Shown one piece after another: positions 54,501-64,000 of a stretch of DNA of 64,000 bases. Positions within the stretch are counted from its first letter, which is position 1. Every line of letters starts with the position of its first letter. The notes under the pieces are model-generated. The model worked only from the letters and a program-made list of their open reading frames with translations. It ran no database searches and was not told the origin of the DNA. The translations under genes were made by a program, and so were the position numbers. Origin of the DNA: Orbicella franksi (taxonomy: Eukaryota); the NCBI GenBank assembly GCA_964199315.1, contig OZ116702.1, positions 32,426,001 to 32,490,000 of the forward strand. The letters are read 5' to 3'.

Positions 54501-57500
54501 AATGAATTTTCTATGTCAATTCAGAGTGTATTTGCAAAACTGACATGTATACTACATTGTGCGGTTAGACATCTAATTTAGCGTTGAGAAAGGCGAAGGC
54601 CACAAATGCAAGATGATACGATATCATTTGGGAAACATTGTATGTTTTTCTTTTTGACTATAGCTTTCATCAATCTTCCAGAAGTGAACATAATACTTTT
54701 ATGACGTGTAGCAAGAAAACAGCCTTCAAAATCTCATGAATTTAAAATTGATCTATTATTAATGCTTAATTCTGACTGAAAAAAGAATTAGCGTGCATCA
54801 GTTAAATTGAGACTTCTGTTCTTCTGTGACTCTGCACTGAGGCTTATCTCATTTCAGTGTATTTTTTTCTTATTAGCTTTTATCAATCTTCCGTAAATGA
54901 CCGTAATGTTTTCATGACGTGATAGCAGTACACAGGCCTCATAATCTCATGAATTTAAAATTGATCTATAAATGGTTAATTCACTAAAAAAAATTAGCAT
55001 CTACGAGTTATATTGTGGCTTCTATTATGGTCTATCTCATTTCAATGTCAATCAGTTTTACTCAAATAATTTTCCAAATCCCCAGTTAACGAGACTTAAA
55101 TTCTGTTTGATTTGACTCTTGTAGGTCAGCAAAAAACGGGTAGAAATTGTAAAAGTGAGTTTGAGTGCACTTGACAGTGTAGGAGTGAATTTAATGGACT
55201 TGCCGCGGGACATCAAAATAATTATGCAAGCTGGGAACATGTTATTGATCACTTAAAGAGCTTTTAATTTATTCAAAAAGCTATTTAGTGCACCTAATGC
55301 CTAATGAGTTTTGTCGTTCAAGGAAGGAATTTTACTGTTCAGAGTAGAGGTAAGGTACTTTCGACTTTTTCGGAACATTGATTTAGTTTAGACACTAATC
55401 ACAATGGAAAAAGAATCGATGACAAGATCATAAAAAAAACCATTTTTGCGATAACGAGTTTCCTTGTGCAAAAACAGCGCGTATCGGTAAATTGAAGAAG
55501 GCCGATGGAATCTCCATTTAATTGCAATTTTCTCCATAGAATTATTTTACTCTTAAAGTTAATATACCTCTTTGGAATTTATATATAATTTATCAGCGAT
55601 GGCAGTCCTAACTTAGCTCGTTAAACATTTCCTGAAACTAGCTAGCTGCAAAATAGTTGAAATGGCGAACTAGCGTTTTTCAGGCAGCCGAATTCACTTC
55701 TAATATGAATAATATGCGCAGTAATTTAACATGGTGAAATAGTTTCCCTCAATTGATGATAAAAACTGGGCTCAAACAAAAAAAAAAATAGCGGGTATGA
55801 TTTTTTTCCGCTTTTCCTCAGATCGGTCAAAAAATACCTAGGTGCCGGACGCGTTACTAAAACAAAAAAAAAGGATTCAGTCAATGTTTTTTTTTTTTTC
55901 GACCATTGTCCGTATCCTTGTAAGCAAAGCAAAACAACAAATTAAAGAGGTGTGAATTTGTTGTAATTTTGTTATAAGGTAGTCAAGCGATGGATCAATG
56001 ACAGAAGTCGTTAGGGTGACTTTATCACAGAGATCTACCTCTATCCGTGATGAACATGCGAACACATATTGCTAATCGGTTTCATGCGGGCCCTTGGCAA
56101 GCCATCTGTCGCACATATCAATCTGTTTATAGTTTTCTATAATGACGAAGACATGAACTACGGAATAAGGAGTTTGCCTTTTGTGACGCAAAAAATATAC
56201 AAAACATTGAACACAAAATATTACGTAAATTTAATTTGCTTTTAATTACTTTACATAATGAATGCAAAAATAGACTTAATTGCTATCGTTTGCTTGCTCA
56301 TGAAACGAGGCATAATTCGATCGAAAACTGTTGTTTTAATCAAGACAATTCAAATTTTCCTAGATTTGGTTTCAATTATTTTTTTTGTACGTGATAATAC
56401 CGTGCTAGCAGTGTGTTTGTCACAAGGAAAGCAACAATTTTAAGAGTCAAAATTAAAATTCACTTAATGGCAAGGTTTTGGCACACTGTATTTTCGAGGT
56501 ACCTCGAAGACTAAAATTTCTATCTCTCTGTACGAAGTAATTTCGGCACAAAAGATATTATGTTATCACATCAGTTAGTCTCTTTTCCAATTTCCTTGGC
56601 TTTTAAAAAGCTGTTCACAAGCTGCGCTTGGATCTCGGTTATACTGCTAGGAAATTTTTCGCCAATCAAATGAAGTTCTCATCATCTCGCGGCACACATG
56701 TTCAGGATGCAAGTTTTCACTACCGATTTTAATGAATGAAATTTGATCAACTGAAAAAAAATCTTCCTTGTTTGATTTCCTTAACATTGCCTGTCTTATT
56801 AGACTTGGAATAATGGATAAGGAAAGTTTTTCAATTACAGTTTAATAAGAAAAAAAATAACGAACAAATTTATGATCAATCTGCTAGTGAAAGAGACGAC
56901 AACTCAAATTCCTTGTCGAGGAATGGAAAAGACTCTCGCTGATAAATTTAACAAGTTATACTAGTCTTTGTTAATGAAAACTGGTCAGAGCTAAGAACTG
57001 CCATGGAAGCAAAAAGCAGCTCTAGGGGGACTATATAAAACAATTTCAGTAAACTTAATCAGTACCTCGGCTGATTAAAAAGTGATTGAAAGAATAAAGT
57101 TCAAAGTTCAGTTTGTATTGTTGCTAATGAGAATCACATTCGCCTTTAAACCTTCTGGTCTCTTTTATGTGAAGATCTGAGTTGTATTTTTCAGCATATT
57201 TTTCTTAGTGAGCGGGCCACTAGCTTGCAATATCATTCAGGCTTGCGTAAAAAAAAGGGGAGAATGTCATGTTTCGCTGCTGGCAGAGCTCTACCCACTT
57301 GTTCTCCTCTCAGTCAAGAAAAGAAAATAACTTTCCCTGTGCGGAACGACTAATGTCGGTTTCAGCCCTGAACATGTTTATTTTTCATTTTAAACTTGGT
57401 AAAGACCAAGTCAAAACACATTTAGAAACCCCTACACTTGGTAACTAATTAAAAATAAATCAACATAAACATAGGACGGTTGCTATGAAGAAAATACGTC

Positions 57501-58232
57501 AGAGTCAAAATAATGGATTAATTATTTATGTTGTCACACCCCAGTTGTTGACTGTCTGACTGGAAGACTGTGTAAAAAGAAATAAGCTAGTCGAAAACAG
57601 ATATCATGATAGCCTCTGTGTGAACACCTATCGCAGTTGCTTGTAGAGAATCTTGCGCGCAAACACGGTTTATGTGAACATTCCGAACACTGTATTAAAC
57701 GTATGTCACTCTGTTTTCCTTGAAAAATTGGTTCACAGCGGTCAAAACATGTTTAGCTATGTTTCTTACCGTCCAAGAGATGATTTTATCAGTCATTATC
57801 TGTATGTAATTACACAATCTATCGTGTGGGAGATTGCCGTAACAGTTACAATGAGTATATAATTCCTTGTTACATTTGATGATAAGAACCGTGCATTGAA
57901 ATCAGGCGAATCAGTTGAAATACCGTGTGATTTCAGTCCGGTGCTGGCTCACAAATGAATCTTATTGGATAGTTTTGTTTACACGCACCATCAATTCGAG
58001 GAGCTGCCTACGGCCACAAACCTGAAAGGAAATACGTCAATTCCATGTCTACGTAAGAAGGAAATCCTATCAGACAATAGGAAAAAAAAAATCTTTATAT
58101 CAGCCGGTGGACTAAGCTTTTATTGTGGAGTGTCGGTCAGTCAGGGAAACCAACATTTTAAATTATAATTAATCTTTCAGTTTGCCTTCATAATTTAACG
58201 AATTCTCAACTCAGTAAACAGACTATACTTAC

Positions 58233-58563
58233 ATGTTTGGCTTTACAATCAACTCACATCAATTTCTCCTCTCCGTTTGATCAAGTGGTTATTGGAGCCT
58301 TATCTCTTGCGATTTTATCGGCAGTATATTTTGGTACTCGGTTGAATGAAAGAAAACACAGGTCATGATCTGTCACAATTTGAGGAAAAGTTAGTAATGT
58401 TTGGTTTTACAATCAACTCACATCGATTTCTCCTCTCCATTTGATCAAGAGGTTATTGGCGCCTTATTTTTTTTGCGTTTTTTATCGGCAGTATATTTTG
58501 GCATTCGGACATGCCCACTGATTTGAATGGGAGAAAACTCGAGGTCATGGACTTTCACAATTC
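58233..58563. repeat. Tandem duplication, unit about 164 bp
   Basis: ATGTTTGG(C/T)TTTACAATCAACTCACATC...ATCGGCAGTATATTTTGG starts at 58233 and again at 58397. Confidence 0.9.
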
Positions 58564-59251
58564 ATGATGTCATCGGCACTTGACAATATTTACATCAAGA
58601 CAACTAACTAAAGCACGTACGATGAATAACTGACTTCATGATAAATAATTTTGTGCTTGCTGCGGTCAACTTAAGGAGTCTTCCTTCACCATGACGTAAG
58701 AAGCGATTGTATATGTTTTTATAGGTCTCCTTTACATGCTTGCATGGGGTAGTTGCCTTAGTATCGTGTTATATAAAGGATGTTGAGTGGGCAGCCACTG
58801 ACTAGAATTTCAAAAGAGAGGCAAAGTTTAAAACAATAAGTTTAAAACGATTCGGTCATTTTGCACCCAGTTAAATACAGTATTCGAGTTAATCCTTGGA
58901 CGAATAAGGCGAAATGTAGCAAAAAGAATGTCGATAAACTGTATGGACTTCTGGAATTACAAGAAGTACCGGATCACCGGGACAACAAGAACTCGCTACA
59001 GATTTTGCATAATACAGGAAGTATATGCAAACCATAGGGACGACTTTATTCTAAACTTAGTTCAATGCACTATATACACCACACATGAGCCGGTCAGGAA
59101 CTGCCATCTTAAAGCCAGAACAACAGGAAAAGCGCAACCGATATAAAGGAACTTATATAATTACAACAACTACAACGGGTTACTTTTAATAACGATTACC
59201 GCGGTTCGTACAGTTGCGCCATCTTCATTCCACTACGACAACCAGACAATA

Positions 59252-59529
59252 CAAGGCCGTAGCTAGCAACAGACAAACCGAGGCACTTGCCTAGGTAATT
59301 TTTTTTCGTTTTTGTTGTTTATAATCATCATAACCATCCTAAATACCTAGGAAGAGAATTTAACCATGGACATTGCCTCAGTCATAATTTTCTCTTAGAC
59401 ATCGCTTCAGTCATAATTTTTTCTTGGACATTGGCTCAATCATATTTTTTCATAGACATTGCCTCAGTCATAATTGTTTCACTGATAGACATTGCCTCAG
59501 TCATAATTTTTTTTCTGGTTACAGCCCTG
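59252..59529. mobile_element. hAT-like MITE containing a ~29-bp tandem array
   Basis: Ends CAAGGCCGTAGC ... GTTACAGCCCTG. Five GACATTGCCTCAGTCATAATT-type units. Near-TSD CAATA/CAATG. Confidence 0.7.
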
Positions 59530-62500
59530 CAATGTATCAGTTATACACGTTACCGTGAGAAGTTTTTATGAGTACTATATTCGTGACGACAGGGAATTAC
59601 ACTCTATTTGTAATAGAGTGATAAGTCAAAGGTTAAGTTCGGCACTTTCCGTTAAAACGACATTTTTGCTTTGCTAGACTACTGAAGCACTAATCAAATA
59701 CTATTCAAAACAATCATATCATGCCTGGCACTTAAAAAGGAAAATAAGATGTTTATTTCTTTTGAATGAAATGTCAGAGTTTCCTTTGCTTGAATAAACA
59801 AAGACCACTAGTCGCACGAAACTTGACGTACATTACAACTGAAACTAAATTTCTTTGTGACAGATGTTTAGCGCTTGCGTTCATTCGGAGTCAGTTTGAT
59901 GACTTCGCTTCAGGAGTCCCTGGGTGAACATCGCGGCAGCTAGACAGTGTTGGCCACTTTTCAGTGATTTTAAACGATTCAGAATCGAATTGCTCAGCTG
60001 ATCTTCAATTCAAGAGCTCTCTTGAGGAAACCTCTGAAAAGTAAGTAGAGATTTTGATAATGATTACAACGTTACATTTAAAATTAATGCGAGGGCCATA
60101 TTTCAAGAGCTTGTCGCAAAGCAAAGCACTTTTCCATGACTGTATTCACTCTTCGAGGTACATTATTCCCGAGTTTTCAATCTGTTCAATTAATATACAT
60201 CAAGTTAGCAATATTTCTGTAACAAGTACTCATTATGGTGGATTAGAAAGTTACACGAAATATTCTGTTCGCGATATAATTTCGCTTTCCTTTATGATGT
60301 TATTCAGAGTTCAGTATTCGTTATTCTTCTTAAAGTAAATTAAAGTAAAATCCTTAGCTCCTTTTCAACAAATAACAGAACACTTTATATCAGTAAAGTT
60401 ACTTCGTAGTGTCTCTTGGAACCGGCTGAAATATGTGTTATGTACCCAATGCATATAGGCGAATTAATTTCATAACGAGACGAATCGGCCTCGTTGATGC
60501 AATATAGGTTTCAGTCTCGTATTAAACGTTCAACTGTCAGAATATATGTCCCTGTAAGGATAAAACTGTTCTGAACCTTAATCTGCGCCTTGAAAAATTA
60601 ATAGCTGCATTTTTAAGCCTATTTTAACAGCAAAATTAAAAAAGATTCGTCATGCGTTGGAAAAATACTGGAATAATTGAATGATTCTGCAGAACATCAG
60701 ACGAGAAAACTATATTGTTTTGAGAATTCGGAAACTGGATTAAAACCCAAACGTACGTAAGTTCCTGTCAGATATTTCTCCTCATGCAGTAAAAATAACT
60801 TTTCACAGACGAGGTTTCTATGGTTACATTTCTATAACGACTCCCTGCTCAGTAATCCACGTGTTTTGAGTCTACCTGTAAACGTGACGTAACGTAACGA
60901 ATAACGTTACGTAACGTTAGAAATATGCCAACCAAGTGAGGTGTGCGCCGAGCAAGGCGATTAACTGCAAGAGTGGAGCTTTTAGCAACTGACGTTGATT
61001 TACTAGTTTATCGACCACCCTCCACCCTCCTGCCGAAAAAAAAGCAATGTGCTTTCAAAATATACGAGTATGTTCTCTGCGTTTTCATTGGCTGATAATT
61101 AGCTATCGACTCCAGCGGTACGCTGACACTGAAAAGCATCAGACAGGTCACCATAGCAACAGTGGCTTTTCGTCGAATAACAGAGAAAGAGACGTTATTA
61201 AGAAAGATGATTAAAAAATATGTTTTGGAATTAGACAATAGAACTTCCACAGAAATAATCAAACAACATATACGACTGAAAACAACAATATATCAGTACA
61301 ATGAGATGTCATTATTGTTTTCAACGGGCAGAAACTGAATCTGTTTTGTAACCAAAAGTTAGCGTTTGAACTTTGACTCTTTTTCCTCTTTTTCAATTGT
61401 TTTTCTCTCCCGCCTCCTTAATTAGTGTATGCGACGCTTCCACGTCAAGAAAGTTGAAGAAACGAAGTCAAAGAAGGCCGAAACATGCGACCCTCCTTAA
61501 AACTCCAACCGTAATTAATTTCATCAAACATTGAAATGTCAGCAGCGGATGTAATAGCAAGGAACGGACGTAATAGACGTGTTTTTATATAATTACATGG
61601 TGTTTTTCTGTGTACATCTAAACTTGTTCTCTCACTGACAGTGCACGTAGGAACTTATAGCTCGACATTGAAAGGTTTTTGTTAATACTAGAATCTGCTT
61701 GGATTTTGGCGGACCTGTGCTGACGGGTGTACTAGTGAAGTGCTGGCCTGCAGTGCTCTGAAGACGACTGTACTCGAAGCGGTAAGTTGTGATAATTCGT
61801 TATTATTCAGTATACTGCCACAATAAAATTCATTTGGTGACCCTGTCTCAGATAATTCAAGCCAAGAGAAGACATAAAGCATCCAGTGTAAGAGCTGTTC
61901 ACAGATTCGAGCAAGCCACACCATTTGAACTCATTTCCAATTTTATAAATGAGATTTAGAAGGAGTAGAGAAAGCTTTCCTTTGTTGTTTGAGTATCTCA
62001 ACTGATCTCAGGATAATTGCAAATTAAAGCCGAGATTCGTTCGTGGCGTTTCGCCTCTTGGACAGAAGACCTAGCTTCACTTTTCAAAATAGGTTCTCAA
62101 CAATAGGAAAGTATTTATGACGCCATGAGAGAAAGAGCTGTATTAAACGGCTTCTAAATAAATTACACCGCTGACGAATTACTACTGAATATTACTCTCA
62201 GCAGCGGGCAAGAAAACTTTGAAGTTATATGAAACTTAGTCGCCTCTGTAAACAACTGCGGCTTGTAGGTCAAGGCTTAACTTGATTGAAATTCATATTC
62301 TGAAAGATCAAGTTTAATATTCTAAGTAGGCGGTTTCGTGTCTTCTCTTGACTGAAAAATGAAATGTTTCAATTGTGAACTTTTGACATGATTTAGCCAC
62401 AAGAAAAACACTTGCTGAAGTTGCCATCGAGTAAAAAGAGATTTTACAATGATCTGTTGCCTGGTGAATGACATTACAACAAATCACAGCGATGACAATC

Positions 62501-63333
62501 GTCTGGAGTTTGACATTTTGACCTGCACTTGCCAGCACTCAAAACTGCGGAAGTAGAGACTGTCTGAAAGTTACCGCAACCAAATAACAAGATCACAGAT
62601 CTGACAAACACTGTCATCATTTGACAATTGAGAGTAAACCTTTTTTGCAATTCGTCCCACGTAAATACAGATTGCATCAGTGGTATTTTGATTGATTTCA
62701 CGAAAACAGGTCCCTTGTCTACAGACTGAATTGACAGCAAGTTACGTCACTGGTTACGTCATAGCACGTAATTATAAACAGGGTACATTTAGACATGAAA
62801 CCCAGATGAGCTAAACACATAAGCGGTGCCTTAGACTGCCATTAAAGATCTTCGTGCACTTCAAAGTCAGAAGTTCAGATAAGAGTTTCGTGGTCTAAAC
62901 ACCCGAGTGTGGTCAAGGCACTTTTGACTTTTATGTTTCTTCCGGTTGATTGTACGATTGTATCCTCTTGGTTTTAAATTTAAAACATTATACATCAGCG
63001 GCGAAAAAATAATTGTTACGAATAAAATCGAATAAATTACAAATAAGCACTTTTAAAAGTATCATGCTACGCCCACTAAAACTCAAACAATAATGATAAG
63101 AAGAAAACTCAATAATGGCAAACAAAAGCAAACTCGATCAATTTGTTTTAGAAAGTTTTCTTTAACTCTTAAATAACTGACTTCTTTTCCGCCTTGAAGT
63201 TTGAGACCGAGCAGAGATCATAAACCATATCTGCAAGTATTTTTGTTTGATTGTTTGAAAAGCCCTTGACAAATATAACTACAGCGAAAAACGTTCTCGG
63301 AAAGTGGTGGTGGGGGGTGGGGGGGCGGGCGGG

Positions 63334-63665
63334 AGGGCTTACCATTTGTCAGAGTAAACCTGTTGGGATGACCGTTGAATAATGGTAAGGGTTTTTCCAA
63401 AATCAGCAAACCAACCGAACGAGATGGCGCTTACCATTTGCAATTCGATTTCTCGTAATTGTTTTCGGCTGATGAGAGACTGGAAACTGGAAACTGGAAA
63501 ATTTAGTAAAAGTTAAGGAAATTTCCGTCTTTCCGTTCCGAACGGGAAGAGAGGACTACCTCTGGAGGTAGTCTACAATCTCCGAACGGATTTTCTGGAA
63601 AATTACTGTTCCATTTGACTTACAACCGAAATTTCCAGATTTTTTTGCTAAATGGTAAGCACCCT
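63334..63665. mobile_element. Harbinger-like MITE
   Basis: TIR AGGGCTTACCATTT ... AAATGGTAAGCACCCT. Confidence 0.7.
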
Positions 63666-64000
63666 AGGAAAAGCTGTCTGTATCAAACTTGACACGAGCT
63701 ACGAATTATTATGTTGCCTTACATCCGTTTATTAACTCGTTCAGGCCTTCTTTATTTTCTTGTGTTCCTTTAGTTTTGTACTTTGTTCAATTAGTCGCTA
63801 GACGTTGTACAAAGACTGTTATTCGATGAGATTTTCAGTTGATGGCCACTCGATCGGAAGAGGAACATTATGAAAATCATGACAAATAAGGGGAACAGGC
63901 TAAGGGGGATTTGTCACAGTATTCAAAATGGCGGCCATAGATACGCAATGCGTGCAAAAAAGAGCATTGTAGCCGTTGCCCTTTACACTCAGTCTTGCAC

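Noticed and set aside
63468-63490. CTGATGA...GAAAC hammerhead-like words
   Set aside because: No stem II or stem I can form, and it lies inside a Harbinger-like MITE.
50054-64000. Many 60-130 aa ORFs downstream of TLK
   Set aside because: No recognisable homology, stops in all frames, and no continuous exon chain.

Overview
Eukaryotic, intron-rich genomic DNA. Protein style and repeat families point to an anthozoan cnidarian, probably a stony coral (inference). I reconstructed five complete genes by hand from GT/GC-AG boundaries and frame continuity: NACA (-, 7 coding exons, 206 aa), an NKCC-type SLC12 cation-chloride cotransporter (-, 7 exons, 1149 aa), a divergent alpha-tubulin (-, 6 exons, 449 aa), HSD17B8 (+, 8 exons, 255 aa, one GC-AG intron, head-to-head with the tubulin) and a Tousled-like kinase (+, 28 exons, 730 aa). 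The 3' end of an unidentified gene lies at 1-125. Introns and intergenic DNA hold many MITEs (some with 5-, 6- or 8-bp target-site duplications), two tRNA-derived SINEs, and Penelope-like fragments with minimal hammerhead-ribozyme-like folds. I cannot support a gene in 50.1-64 kb, only isolated exon-like pieces. I found no clearly new biological system. The best leads are the hammerhead-like Penelope relics, the long acidic insertion with kinase-docking-like motifs in the NKCC C-terminus, and the divergent tubulin on a compact bidirectional promoter. Comparisons with human proteins and repeat families are from recall, not from database searches.
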